A stretch of 59,428 bases of DNA, counting the filler. It is 5 parts of 5 records of this genome, joined end to end, with 100 filler letters (N's around TTAATTAATTAA, not from the genome) between each part and the next. Parts side by side here need not be neighbours in the genome. Positions count along the whole stretch, not along the records: positions 1 to 20,788 come from SRR20825019_2435; positions 20,889 to 25,940 come from SRR20825019_2439; 3 more parts are not named here. The stretch is one strand, 5' to 3'. The stretch's first letter is position 1, and each line of letters opens with the position of its first letter. Shown piece after piece: positions 10,633 to 21,889 of the stretch. Both the position numbers and the translations under genes were made by a program. The notes under the pieces are model-generated. The model was not told the DNA's origin and made no database searches. It was given only the letters and a program-made list of their open reading frames with translations.

Positions 10633-13600
10633 ATGAAAAAAATCATTGGACTTTTATTTATTCTAGTAAGCGTTTTTAGCTATTCGGCAGAAGTAGAATG
10701 GAGCAAGCGACTTGAAGGTGCTGATATCATTGGAGGATCGTTAAACATTGTCGATGGAGATTATGGAGCGTCAAATTTTATTGATGTTACTACTTTTTCA
10801 TATATCCGTCTGGGGCTCAATGAGCGAGTTATGGGAGACTACCTTGCAATTGCAGGAACCAACACTATTTCGGTAGATCTTTCTATAATGGCTTATGATA
10901 ATCTTGGAAATCCAATAACACCAGCTGTCTCAACGACTATTGAAATGGAATATTCCTATCAGGCAAATGCTTACTTAATGGATGCTTCCGATTTTAGAAT
11001 GCCAGGTGTGCATCGATTTAATTTAACTGTGACAAATGTAAAACTCAACGGAAATCCAGTCTCGACAATTGGAAATTACACGTATCTGCAAGCCGGAGTT
11101 TACGCTGAGCGTTATTACCAATTAGATTTACTTACTACTCCACAGGTAAGCCCACAGATGGTTTCGTATCAAACTGGATCGGCAGTGGCTGTTGGGACAA
11201 CAATTACTACTTCTACAACTGATGAAATTTATTTGAATTGGGAGTACATTGATGGTGCTGAGGAATATGAACTGGAATGGACTTGGGTTGATAATTATTC
11301 AGATCCAGTAAACGGACCTTTTATTACACCTCCATTTTTAGTCCTCACAGAAGCGGAATTTAAAACAAACAGCGCAAGGATTAGAACAGGTGATCAATTT
11401 TACCGTATTCCGCAAATTTTCGCCAAAGGTTACCTTGTGTATAGAGTAAGAGCGGTTGGAAGATGGTTAGATGCACCCAACAAAGATTTGTTCGGAGCAT
11501 GGAGTTCAGGAGTTGGAGCTAACTCTGTTGTAGACTGGACTTATGTTCAGATTTCACATCACCATGAAGCAAAGAAAAATTGGCAATATCAGTCGACATT
11601 CGCGGAAGATGGAAAGAAAAAAGAAGTTACCCAGTATTTTGACGGAAGTCTTAGAGGAAGACAAACAGTAACAAGAATTAATAGCGATAATCAATCTGTT
11701 GTAGGTGAGACCATCTATGATAATGAAGGAAGAGGCGTTGTTCAAATATTACCTGTTCCGCAAGATAATCCAGCGATTAAATTCTATCCTTCAATTAATG
11801 AATCAGGAGTTATTCCGAACACTCCGTATAGTCATTTTGATTTTGACTGGGAGGAAAATGTGGCAACCTGTGAACCTGCTCCAGCCAACACATTATCTGA
11901 TTCTAAAGGAGCTGCAAAGTATTATTCTCCAGCGGGGTATAATGCTAGTTCTGATCAAGAGTGGCAACAGTATGTCCCTTCTTCTAATGGTTATGCCTTC
12001 ACACAGGTTGAATACACCCCTGATAATACAGGGAGAATTCGAAACCAAAGTGGGGTTGGTCCAGATCATGCTATTGCTTCGGGGCATGAAACATACTATT
12101 ATTATACGCAGCCTTATCAGCAAGAATTAGATCGTCTCTTCGGATATAAAGTAGGTTACAAATCTCGTTATAAGAAGAACATGGTCGTTGATGCAAACGG
12201 TCAGGTCAGTGTTTCTTATTTAGATGCTCAGGGCAGAGTAATAGCGACTGCGTTGGCTGGTGATAACGTGACATCTTTTGATGATCTATCCTCAGAAAGT
12301 GATAATTCATTTCACAAAACAATAAAGACGGATATACTTAATAATGGGAATCCATACATTTCCGCGCCAAGTCCTACCACCCCGTGGTCTTCTGACGATC
12401 AATTGGATGACAATGATCTTAGATCAACAGGAAGATTTGGAAACTTGAGCGATGAACTTGCTTTTGAAACCCAAATTGCAGTTCCTCAAACGACCGACTT
12501 CGAATTCAGTTACGATATTAGAACAAGTAACTATTCGGAAGAATGCGATCTTGAAGGGGCTCTTACTCAGGGAGTGAATTTCCCTTATGTATACAGTCTT
12601 GACATCAACCTTTTGGATGATTGTGCAAGTGATAAATTGGATGGACTCACAACTATTTTTGATCAGTTGACAGTTGATAATTTATCGACCAATTTCCCTT
12701 TGAATTCTATGGTGAATCCAAATCCAGGAACGCAACTCGGTCAAGGATCTTATACGTTGAGTAAATCCCTTCGAGTAAACCAAACGGCTCTTGAGGCATA
12801 TAAAGTACAATATTTAAGCGCCTCAAATGCATGTATTCTAACTTGGAATGACTTTAATCCTGGCCCGTTCTCAACAGATGGATGTATCACCAGTTGCAAG
12901 GAATGTGCAGAGTCTTTAGGAGCGGATGCCTCGGAATACATCGTTTTTGTAGCTCAAGATCTAAATGTCGACCCTACCACTTTTACAACAGGTGAAGTTT
13001 CAGCTTACACTGCTGAATACCTCGCGAAAGTTGCCGAATGTTATGAGCCATGCAAAGCAACTTCAACGTGCGATGTATATGATCAACTTATTCGAATGGA
13101 TGTTACTCCGAACGGACAGTATGGTAACCCTACAAGTGGAACACCAACACAAGTTTCCATTTTTAGTTCAGGCTACTGGAGAAACCTGGATTTTGTAAAC
13201 AACGTAAATGTATACATGGATGAAAACGGGGATACTGCCAAAGTTGAAGCTTATGTTACAACGTATCCTCATCCTACGGATCTAGGTAATTTCCAGTATC
13301 AAATCACTCCAAACGGTCAGCCAGTTCAAATGGTAAAGCCATGGCAATTAGTTCCTGCGGATTTTATTTTAATGTTTGAACCCAGTTGGACAGAAGCATT
13401 GATGCCTTTTCATCCTGAATATCCACTATACGAATATGCTTCAGAAATTTGTGCAGTGGAGCATACCTATGCGGGTAATCCTAACAACACCAAGTTAACT
13501 AGTGAAGCCTTCGATAATGTATTGAGAGAACAAATCATGGATTTGAGCTTGGCGATAACGAACAACTATGCCATTGATTTTACTGCGGGAACTCCTTTGT

Positions 13601-16600
13601 TCAGCCAAGATCCCTATTTTCTTTTATCTTATTCGATTCACCCATCCTACGGAACATCAGGTGACCTTAATCAGATAAAATCGGCGCTTATGATTGAAGC
13701 GCTTACGGTCAACTTCAAGGGGCAAGGGATGACCATGATGCAGTATGCTATTAAAACAGTCAAATACGGAAATGATCTTACGGTAACAGTTCCGTCTGAA
13801 ACATGGGCAAACGTTTTAACTGGAGCACCCTATTTCACACCGGCTCAACAAAATGCCATTTGGGCAACTTACAAAAGCTACTACCTTTCATACAAAGCTG
13901 AGATAAATCAGCTATTAATGGATTTCTATGGTTTTGGACTCAACTATAATGGTGGAGGATCATCTCAGGCAGCTGGTATTTTTAACGGATGCATTGGCGA
14001 TGGTAATTTCTTGTCTGCAGGAATCTTACCTTCATTTAGTTTTAGCACGGCCAATTTTGGAGATCTTTTCAATCTGTGGATCGAATTATGGAATATAGGA
14101 GCAACTAATCCGACTACTTTTCCCGTTACATTTTGTAATTCTAATTTTAATACTAAAGAGCTCAGATTTTACAGAGTTGATGCTCTTTCAAATCCTGCAT
14201 CCTCGGTTGTGTCAAGCGCAACACAGCTTTCCCAAGACGCTGATTTTGTTCAGTTTCAGCAAACAGGATTGTGTCCTCTTACGGTAGATATGGAACGTCT
14301 GGTAGGCGACCTCCTTGTGAACCATCAAGCAGATTTATTGGCTACCGGTCCCTTTTCTCAGTCAACTGTAATGACATTTGTTCCCGATTTGTATGAAGCA
14401 TTCACTGGGGTTTCTCTTTTCAATAGTCTTCCTTCTCCTCCTAATTCGGCGACACTAGACAATGTGGAAATGGATGGTGTTTTCACTGCGACAACCCTTA
14501 CTATTAATCTTAACCTGGACAATGCGTTTAATACGTCGGTAGGGCAATTACTAATTTCGCAACCTATTAGATACCCTTTCAATCAATCACCAAGCACACT
14601 TTCATGGTTAAATTATGGTAGCGTATGGACCATCACAAATGTACATGGAAGTTACCTAACAGGAAGTGGCAATGAAGTGCAACTGCTTGTTTCGGTAGAC
14701 AACCCGAGTACTCCTACTGTTGAAAATGTTGAATACATCATCTCTTATACGCTCTCAGGCACAGCAACTGTCAATTTTAATAATTGTGCTTCGTTGCAAC
14801 AACCAGCAAACGATCCAGATTGCCAACAGGAAGAAGAGTTCGAGGGAGCTATGCTTAACCTATTGCAAGAGTTGATTGCTCAAGGTCAAATCGGAAATAG
14901 CTCGGTAGACTTAACTTTATCTCCATATAATGTTTCGTATGGACAATCTATCCTAGCATCCAAACTTGGCTTGAATGCAACATGGAATGGAAGTAGTGGA
15001 ACAATTTCCACGGCAAACTCAACATTTTACATTGGAACATCCTTTTCAAGCAATGTAGTATTTGTTACCGGATTTGATATGAATCCAACTAATTCCTCAG
15101 TTCAAATAAATTGGATGACTGGAACAACGGGAAATTACCAAAATACCTTAGCTACGTATACTTATTCTTATACAAATACTATTATTGGTGCGCCACCATT
15201 GAGATTCGAATGCCCTTGTGACGAAACAATTGTCGCAAAGGATCTTCCTGACTTCGTAGAAGACATCGTTCATCAACAAACAAATGGTGCTACTCATACT
15301 TATTTAACGAACATTGCCGCATATTTAGGAATTCAGAATCCATTGATTTACAATTGGAATCAAACCAGTAATGAAATTTTCTTTGAAATCTACGATGCAT
15401 CGGCGTGTACTACTAATGAAAATGGTACTGAGTGTGAAGGACCATCTTGTATCGTTCGATTGTTTATAGATCAGGCAAATGTTGGAGCAACGAATACTGC
15501 AGGACTAGCAACGTATTCAGGTAATAATCAATTTGCGTTCGATTTTAATAGTATTTCCGCATCGGTCCTTATTGAGTGCCTGGATATAGAACCATGTGAA
15601 GAATGCGTAGTTGCGCCACTCGAGCCAGTTAGCTGTCAAGATGCTTATGAAAGCTACAAAGATCGAATGGAAACCTTGTACGGAGCACCGTTTTCGACAC
15701 AATTGGAACAGGATATTTTTGAGAGTGAGCATTTAATTAACGAGCAAACGTTTTGTGGATCTTCTTATGCATATATTACGGATGCTTATTTAAATTACTT
15801 AACTGATTTATCGATCAGCTCTCCATTAGCAGCCAATTATTTGACTATTAATGAATTCGGAACAACTCCACTCGGATACTCGAACGCTCTGTTAAATCCT
15901 GCAGTAGATGCTTACGTTCTTTCTCCTGTGAGTAATCCTGCCTTTACTGGATACTTACCTTGGTCTCAGTTTGTTGTGGATATATACTTGATTAATAATC
16001 CGACGATTTGTCCTGCACATTCTCCTGCTCCATATATTTCAGTTCCTATTGAAGAAAACCCATGTGATCAGTGGGAAAACAATATTATTGGAATAAATGC
16101 GATCAATCAATACAACATTTATCTCCAACAAATGGGAGATGCCTTTGAGCAGGCATATATTGAGGGCGCTATGGCTTCGGTTAAAGAAAGTTTTTATGAA
16201 AAACATTTAGATAAAGAGTATCATTATACGTTGTACACTTATGATAGAGCAGGTAACTTAATTGCAACTGTTCCACCGAAAGGAGTGAATCGCCTAGAGT
16301 ATGATTCGAATGGGAGTCCTATTTCTAATGTTAGTGGACAAACTTCTGCCGAACAAACTGATATCCTCAGTTACCGGGAGAATAGCCTTCCGGGAGCTAC
16401 TGATCTTGGACCTATTTCCGCTCGATTGGCACCTGAACATTCATTTGAAACCGAATACAGATATAATTCACTCAATCAACTAGTTTATCAGCATACACCT
16501 GATGGTGGTGAAAGCAGATTCGCCTATGACGCACTTGGAAGACTCGTAATGAGTCAGAACGCCAAGCAGAAAGGTGCCAACCAATACAGCTATACAAAGT

Positions 16601-19600
16601 ATGATGTTCTAGGGAGAGTTTCTGAAGTTGGTGAGTTGACTTATGTAGGTACATCTGGGATCAACGAGAATGGACGTTTTTATGCCGGGGCAATTGAATT
16701 TCAAGGCGTTAACAGCTTGTCGTTTCCTGATAACCTCTCCATGAATCGAGAAGAAGTGACACGTACAATTTATGATGAGCTCAACGGAGTCTCAACAATG
16801 TATATGACAGGAACACCAGCAACAGCAACATCTATTCAAATTCGGGATCTCTTTGGAGTAAACTATTCTTATGACAACACGAGAAATAGAATTGTGGGTG
16901 TGATCTATCAAGAGACCTTGAATCAATCTTTAAGCGTATATGAAAGTGCTTCGTTCTATGACTATGATGTACATGGAAATGTGAAACATCTAATCCAAGT
17001 CCACAATGCTCCAGAATTAATTGCACTAAATCACCATATAAAACATGTGGAGTACACGTACGATTTGGTGAGTGGAAATGTCAATAAAGTGATTTATCAA
17101 AAAGAGCAACAAGATCAGTTCATGCATCGCTATTTATACGATTCAGATAACAGAATAACGATTGCTGAAACGTCTAAAGACGGTGTGGTTTGGGAAAAAG
17201 ATGCCAAGTATTTCTATTATGCTCATGGACCTTTGGCACGAACTGAAATCGGTCAGAAAAAAGTTCAGGCAAACGATTATGCGTATACAATACAGGGTTG
17301 GCTTAAAACCGTAAATGGAGAAAAAGTGAACGAAACTACCATGATGGGGCAGGATGGGCTTCAAGCTTCTGTGAATGGCCAGATTGCTAGAGACGCGCAC
17401 GGTTTTAGTTTGAGTTATTTTGACAACGATTACGCTTCTGCAAATACTGCAATGCTCAATTATACGGCATCACTTTCTAACCAAGCAACGAGTTTGTACA
17501 ATGGGAATATCCGTAGAATGGAAACAGCACTTTCAGATGTGGATGAGAAGGCCTTGTTAACTCATCAAACAAGTTACGGTTACGATCAGCTGAACCGAAT
17601 TAAGTCCATGGAAGGATATTATCCAGAAATTGGGTCGGTTTCCAATTATGCATCCTCCTATAGTTTTGATGAAAACGGAAACCTAAAAACGCTAAAGCGC
17701 TATGCAGACATCGCTGGAACAAGTGTGCTGATGGATGACTTTGACTACAAATATGAAGAAACCATCAATACAGGACAGAATAATCAATTAAGTTGGGTCA
17801 ATGATCAAGCAGGTGTTTCGCAATTTGCTAATGCAGACATAGATATGAGCATGGTGGCAGGAAATTATGAATACGATGCCATTGGACAATTGACAGGGGA
17901 TGCTGATGAAAAAATCACCAACATTAAATGGAAAGTGACCAATAAAGTAGAAGAAGTTGAAAAAGTGGATGGTAACATAACCACGCTGATTCATTTTGAC
18001 TACGATCCTATGGGGAACAGAATTGCCAAACACATTAAAACGATCACAAACAATCCAGTGAACCAAACGGCAACAATGGAAACCATATCCACTTTTTACG
18101 TACTTGATGCTCAAGGAAATTGCATGAGCATCTATGAAACTAATTCAGAAAGTGGTACATTAGCTTTAACCGAGCGAAATATGTACGGATCATCACGAGT
18201 TGGCATAGAACAAGTAAATGAGTTAATGGCATTCAACGAAATTGAATTGTCAGGCTTGGTTAATTTGTCCAATGTCACGATTGTAGCGGAAGTATGTACC
18301 CAAGTTGGGTGGAATTTTAGTGATGGAGCGGTCACCTCAGCTCATCAATCTACCGACTTTGATTCGGACGGAGACCAAGATTTGGTGATTTCATCGAATA
18401 ACCCTGCGAGTTATTATGCGGCTCACTTTACTTTTAATACCATTCCTGGTCAAACCTACATCGTTAATTACTCGTTGTTGGATCAAACGGGTACATCCTC
18501 TCACGAACTCGTTTATTCATGTGACAATACAGGTGTCTTAAGTAGTAATTTGAGGTATTTGGCAGGCAGTTATACTTTTAGTTTTGTGGCGACCAATTCT
18601 ACTTCTCGTCTCAAATGGTATAATGGAAAAGAAAGCCCGAGTGCACAAATAGTAATCTCTGATCTGATTATTCAAGGTCCTGGTGATTTATTTGGTACAG
18701 GAAGTAGCAGTGCAGTTCAAGAACCATACATTGCCTCTAATATTGTTGGAGACAAGCGCTACGAGCTTTCAAATCACCTTGGAAACGTTCTAGAGGTAAT
18801 TACTGATCGTAAATTACCTGAGCCCATTGGAACTTCAGGAAATGAAACTGTAAATTACTATACTGCAGATGTTGTTGCATTTAACGATTACTACCCCTAC
18901 GGGATGTTGTTACCTTACAGTTGTAGAGAGGTGATAGTTCAGCCGACAGAACAGGTAATTGTTCCAACCTACCAAAACATGACGTATAGCGGTCAAACAC
19001 TATCGGAAGTAAATTCTGATGGAGACTTACAAAATATTTCAGGCACTGATGGTGCGGGAAGTTCATTAGAAACTGTTGAGGAAGGAGAATTTATTCGTTG
19101 GGAAGGCAGTGCAGTCATCTCTGAAAACAGAAGTTTTGTAGGATTATCATACACAGATGTTAGTGTATCTTATCTGACCATCGACTATTGTTGGTATGTA
19201 TATCCCAATGGATATGCATATATTCTTGAAAATGGAACATCCGTCCCGGGAATCGCTATTCCTTACTCTGGAGGCGACGTTTTTGAAGTAATCAGAGATA
19301 ATGGAGATATAGTCTATAAAATGAATGGTGTTACTTACCAAACAAGTACTGATCAAAATGTTAATGCCTCCATGGTGGTGGACATCACCATCTCAGATAT
19401 TTCAGGTGTAGATGTCATAATTAAAAATCTACGCATACATAAGTTAGTGCAAGCTGAAACTATAACCGTCTGCTACGGAAACGGAAGCGTGGGGGATTAC
19501 AGGTATGGATTCCAAGGACAAGAGAAAGATAATGAAATAAAGAACATTGAAGGAAGTTCTGTAAACTACAAATACAGAATGCATGACCCTAGAGTGGGAA

Positions 19601-20361
19601 GGTTCTTTGCGGTTGATCCATTGGCAGCGAAGTATCCGCATAACAGTCCGTATGCGTTTAGTGAAAATAGATTGTTGGACGCCATAGAACTCGAAGGATT
19701 GGAAGCATTCTTTATACATGGAACATCTGATGGTCCATCAATGTGGACCAGAGACAAGGAAGTTAAGTCCAATATGAAAGCACTTTTGGGGCTTACAAAT
19801 TCTAAAACGATGGATTCCAATTTTTCATGGGAAGACAAAACTGAATGGTATCAAATTGCTAAGTCAGGGACAGCTTATCCGTTGAATACTAGCGATGATA
19901 GAAAAATAGCTGCAAAAAATCTAATGAATTATGTAATTAAAAATCGAAAAGAAGGAGAAGAAATAACTTTAATTGGGATGAGTCACGGCGGAAATGTCGC
20001 AATACAGGCTGCGGAAATGTTGTATGAAAAACATGGTATAAAAGTTAATATCATAACAGTAAATACTCCCTCATATCATTCAGGTTGTGAAGACCCTGAA
20101 GGTAAAAATGGAATTAATGATATGATAAGTTTTTGGGATGAAAAAGATAACGTTGCTGGTGGATGGTCAGTACTTACTGATATGTTTAGAATTAGCCACG
20201 ACAATTATGATGAGGATGCGCAAACGAAAACAACTAATGTTGAAATAAAATCTAATCAACCTACAGGCGAAAAAGCTCATAATTCAATCTATTATGATGC
20301 CGATATTATCGAAGAAACGATTAAAAGTGAAAATGTTGAAAAATTAGAACCAGTAAATTGA
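10633..20361 (+). CDS. Giant RHS repeat-associated core protein (FN3-like and DUF6443-like N-terminal region, Cys-rich middle, C-terminal alpha/beta-hydrolase toxin domain)
   Basis: TQYFDGSLRGRQT; YD repeats; YELSNHLGNV, DYYPYGM, YRYGFQGQEKD, GRFFAVDPLA..YP..SPY.F..N.....ELEGL; C-terminal FIHGT and GMSHGG. Confidence 0.85.
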   Translation: MKKIIGLLFILVSVFSYSAEVEWSKRLEGADIIGGSLNIVDGDYGASNFIDVTTFSYIRLGLNERVMGDYLAIAGTNTISVDLSIMAYDNLGNPITPAVSTTIEMEYSYQANAYLMDASDFRMPGVHRFNLTVTNVKLNGNPVSTIGNYTYLQAGVYAERYYQLDLLTTPQVSPQMVSYQTGSAVAVGTTITTSTTDEIYLNWEYIDGAEEYELEWTWVDNYSDPVNGPFITPPFLVLTEAEFKTNSARIRTGDQFYRIPQIFAKGYLVYRVRAVGRWLDAPNKDLFGAWSSGVGANSVVDWTYVQISHHHEAKKNWQYQSTFAEDGKKKEVTQYFDGSLRGRQTVTRINSDNQSVVGETIYDNEGRGVVQILPVPQDNPAIKFYPSINESGVIPNTPYSHFDFDWEENVATCEPAPANTLSDSKGAAKYYSPAGYNASSDQEWQQYVPSSNGYAFTQVEYTPDNTGRIRNQSGVGPDHAIASGHETYYYYTQPYQQELDRLFGYKVGYKSRYKKNMVVDANGQVSVSYLDAQGRVIATALAGDNVTSFDDLSSESDNSFHKTIKTDILNNGNPYISAPSPTTPWSSDDQLDDNDLRSTGRFGNLSDELAFETQIAVPQTTDFEFSYDIRTSNYSEECDLEGALTQGVNFPYVYSLDINLLDDCASDKLDGLTTIFDQLTVDNLSTNFPLNSMVNPNPGTQLGQGSYTLSKSLRVNQTALEAYKVQYLSASNACILTWNDFNPGPFSTDGCITSCKECAESLGADASEYIVFVAQDLNVDPTTFTTGEVSAYTAEYLAKVAECYEPCKATSTCDVYDQLIRMDVTPNGQYGNPTSGTPTQVSIFSSGYWRNLDFVNNVNVYMDENGDTAKVEAYVTTYPHPTDLGNFQYQITPNGQPVQMVKPWQLVPADFILMFEPSWTEALMPFHPEYPLYEYASEICAVEHTYAGNPNNTKLTSEAFDNVLREQIMDLSLAITNNYAIDFTAGTPLFSQDPYFLLSYSIHPSYGTSGDLNQIKSALMIEALTVNFKGQGMTMMQYAIKTVKYGNDLTVTVPSETWANVLTGAPYFTPAQQNAIWATYKSYYLSYKAEINQLLMDFYGFGLNYNGGGSSQAAGIFNGCIGDGNFLSAGILPSFSFSTANFGDLFNLWIELWNIGATNPTTFPVTFCNSNFNTKELRFYRVDALSNPASSVVSSATQLSQDADFVQFQQTGLCPLTVDMERLVGDLLVNHQADLLATGPFSQSTVMTFVPDLYEAFTGVSLFNSLPSPPNSATLDNVEMDGVFTATTLTINLNLDNAFNTSVGQLLISQPIRYPFNQSPSTLSWLNYGSVWTITNVHGSYLTGSGNEVQLLVSVDNPSTPTVENVEYIISYTLSGTATVNFNNCASLQQPANDPDCQQEEEFEGAMLNLLQELIAQGQIGNSSVDLTLSPYNVSYGQSILASKLGLNATWNGSSGTISTANSTFYIGTSFSSNVVFVTGFDMNPTNSSVQINWMTGTTGNYQNTLATYTYSYTNTIIGAPPLRFECPCDETIVAKDLPDFVEDIVHQQTNGATHTYLTNIAAYLGIQNPLIYNWNQTSNEIFFEIYDASACTTNENGTECEGPSCIVRLFIDQANVGATNTAGLATYSGNNQFAFDFNSISASVLIECLDIEPCEECVVAPLEPVSCQDAYESYKDRMETLYGAPFSTQLEQDIFESEHLINEQTFCGSSYAYITDAYLNYLTDLSISSPLAANYLTINEFGTTPLGYSNALLNPAVDAYVLSPVSNPAFTGYLPWSQFVVDIYLINNPTICPAHSPAPYISVPIEENPCDQWENNIIGINAINQYNIYLQQMGDAFEQAYIEGAMASVKESFYEKHLDKEYHYTLYTYDRAGNLIATVPPKGVNRLEYDSNGSPISNVSGQTSAEQTDILSYRENSLPGATDLGPISARLAPEHSFETEYRYNSLNQLVYQHTPDGGESRFAYDALGRLVMSQNAKQKGANQYSYTKYDVLGRVSEVGELTYVGTSGINENGRFYAGAIEFQGVNSLSFPDNLSMNREEVTRTIYDELNGVSTMYMTGTPATATSIQIRDLFGVNYSYDNTRNRIVGVIYQETLNQSLSVYESASFYDYDVHGNVKHLIQVHNAPELIALNHHIKHVEYTYDLVSGNVNKVIYQKEQQDQFMHRYLYDSDNRITIAETSKDGVVWEKDAKYFYYAHGPLARTEIGQKKVQANDYAYTIQGWLKTVNGEKVNETTMMGQDGLQASVNGQIARDAHGFSLSYFDNDYASANTAMLNYTASLSNQATSLYNGNIRRMETALSDVDEKALLTHQTSYGYDQLNRIKSMEGYYPEIGSVSNYASSYSFDENGNLKTLKRYADIAGTSVLMDDFDYKYEETINTGQNNQLSWVNDQAGVSQFANADIDMSMVAGNYEYDAIGQLTGDADEKITNIKWKVTNKVEEVEKVDGNITTLIHFDYDPMGNRIAKHIKTITNNPVNQTATMETISTFYVLDAQGNCMSIYETNSESGTLALTERNMYGSSRVGIEQVNELMAFNEIELSGLVNLSNVTIVAEVCTQVGWNFSDGAVTSAHQSTDFDSDGDQDLVISSNNPASYYAAHFTFNTIPGQTYIVNYSLLDQTGTSSHELVYSCDNTGVLSSNLRYLAGSYTFSFVATNSTSRLKWYNGKESPSAQIVISDLIIQGPGDLFGTGSSSAVQEPYIASNIVGDKRYELSNHLGNVLEVITDRKLPEPIGTSGNETVNYYTADVVAFNDYYPYGMLLPYSCREVIVQPTEQVIVPTYQNMTYSGQTLSEVNSDGDLQNISGTDGAGSSLETVEEGEFIRWEGSAVISENRSFVGLSYTDVSVSYLTIDYCWYVYPNGYAYILENGTSVPGIAIPYSGGDVFEVIRDNGDIVYKMNGVTYQTSTDQNVNASMVVDITISDISGVDVIIKNLRIHKLVQAETITVCYGNGSVGDYRYGFQGQEKDNEIKNIEGSSVNYKYRMHDPRVGRFFAVDPLAAKYPHNSPYAFSENRLLDAIELEGLEAFFIHGTSDGPSMWTRDKEVKSNMKALLGLTNSKTMDSNFSWEDKTEWYQIAKSGTAYPLNTSDDRKIAAKNLMNYVIKNRKEGEEITLIGMSHGGNVAIQAAEMLYEKHGIKVNIITVNTPSYHSGCEDPEGKNGINDMISFWDEKDNVAGGWSVLTDMFRISHDNYDEDAQTKTTNVEIKSNQPTGEKAHNSIYYDADIIEETIKSENVEKLEPVN

Positions 20362-20642
20362 AACTTCGCTTTATTCTACCATTAGTTACTCTATTTTTAT
20401 TTAGTGTTTTACACTATTTATTAATTGATAAATATCCGAACAACAGTTGGAGCGGATCAATAATTTTCTATTTAATTTTTCTGCCAAGTTCTTTAATTAT
20501 TTCAAGTCTAATTTCGGAAATCAAGAGCAAAATATTTAAAACAGTTTTAATTTTTTCCTTTTACCTCGTTTTTTGTTATTTGTTTTTATTGTTATATCCA
20601 ACAATCGAAGAAATGAATGTATTTGGTATTTTATTTAATTGA
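20358..20642 (+). CDS. Small multi-TM protein, putative immunity protein
   Basis: TTG start overlapping the RHS stop; three hydrophobic segments; very AT-rich. Confidence 0.5.
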   Translation: MKLRFILPLVTLFLFSVLHYLLIDKYPNNSWSGSIIFYLIFLPSSLIISSLISEIKSKIFKTVLIFSFYLVFCYLFLLLYPTIEEMNVFGILFN

Positions 20643-20788
20643 AAAAGTCTGACAACTAGGAAGGAAATTAAGTTATTTGCTCACTCCTCGCTTTCTCGTC
20701 GTCGAGGTAATGGATAGTGTACCGTCAGGCAAAAAATGAAGAGTTAAAAAGTTAACTGTCTAAAAATAAGTTCTTTGAAATTTTGAAA

Positions 20789-20888
20789 NNNNNNNNNNNN
20801 NNNNNNNNNNNNNNNNNNNNNNNNNNNNNNNNTTAATTAATTAANNNNNNNNNNNNNNNNNNNNNNNNNNNNNNNNNNNNNNNNNNNN
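20789..20888. other. Artificial contig spacer
   Basis: 44 N + TTAATTAATTAA + 44 N; abrupt GC change across it. Confidence 0.98.
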
Positions 20889-21883
20889 TCTTCTTCCTTT
20901 TGAATCCAGTCACCAAGGAAATCGAGCGCATCGTTTAACAGGCTGTCCATTTCATCAAGATCACGCAAAACAGTTTCGCGCAGTTCATCATTTTCAATGA
21001 ATTCGGCGCGAAGGCGCAACCGCGTGCTGGGTGTGCGCAGATCGTGTGAAATCGCTGCTAACATCCGGGTCCGATCGCCCAGCATCCGTGCAATACGTTC
21101 GCGCAAATCGTTATAGGCAGCGGCCATTGAACGGGCTTCGGTCGGTCCGCGTTCTTCGACCGGCAGACCATCAACTTCATCGCCATGATCAATGATCGCG
21201 TTCGTCAGCCTCTTAAACGGTCCGGCCAACAAATCAGCAAGGGCGGCAAAGACGGCAAGAACCGCAACCACACCCAACAAGAACATCAAAAACACAAGTG
21301 AGGGTGATGAATAGTTTGCCCATAATTCATCATGGCGCACCAAAACCCGCTTACCCGACGGCATCGTGATTTCGATCTGGGCTTCAAGCCCCAAACGGGC
21401 AATTTCACGCGACAATTCGGCGAAAAACAGACTGGGGTTTTCGGCCGCCTCAATGACCGCACGCTGTTCGGAACTCAGACGCCCCCGTACGAAATGGACC
21501 TTGACCGATATCGGCCAGCCGGTATTGACCAAGCGAACCGGCAGGGCAATATGCTGTGCCGGGCGCGAAAAAAGCAGCAAGGTCCCGAAATCATCTGGCG
21601 GCAGCAATCGCAATGCCATGCCATCGCGTGCGGCAATGTCGACAATATTGGCTTCAAATTCGGGATTTTCGGCAATCCGCAACAATTCGCGAATGGTAAA
21701 GCCCAGTGTATAGGCCCGACTGATCCGCTCATCACGTTCAATGACGTAATAGGATGCCATGGCACTCAGGACGGCGATAATCACCCCGCCCAGCATCATC
21801 AGCGAAAAGATACGACCACCCAAAGTGCGCGGTTTATAGCGACGAAGATAGTTGCTGAAATCTGCAAACATGCCCGCCATCAA
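20889..21883 (-). CDS. Sensor histidine kinase (HAMP + HisKA), 3' truncated
   Basis: Two TM segments, HAMP, and H-box LAAISHDLRTP. Confidence 0.9.
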
Positions 21884-21889
21884 CCGACC

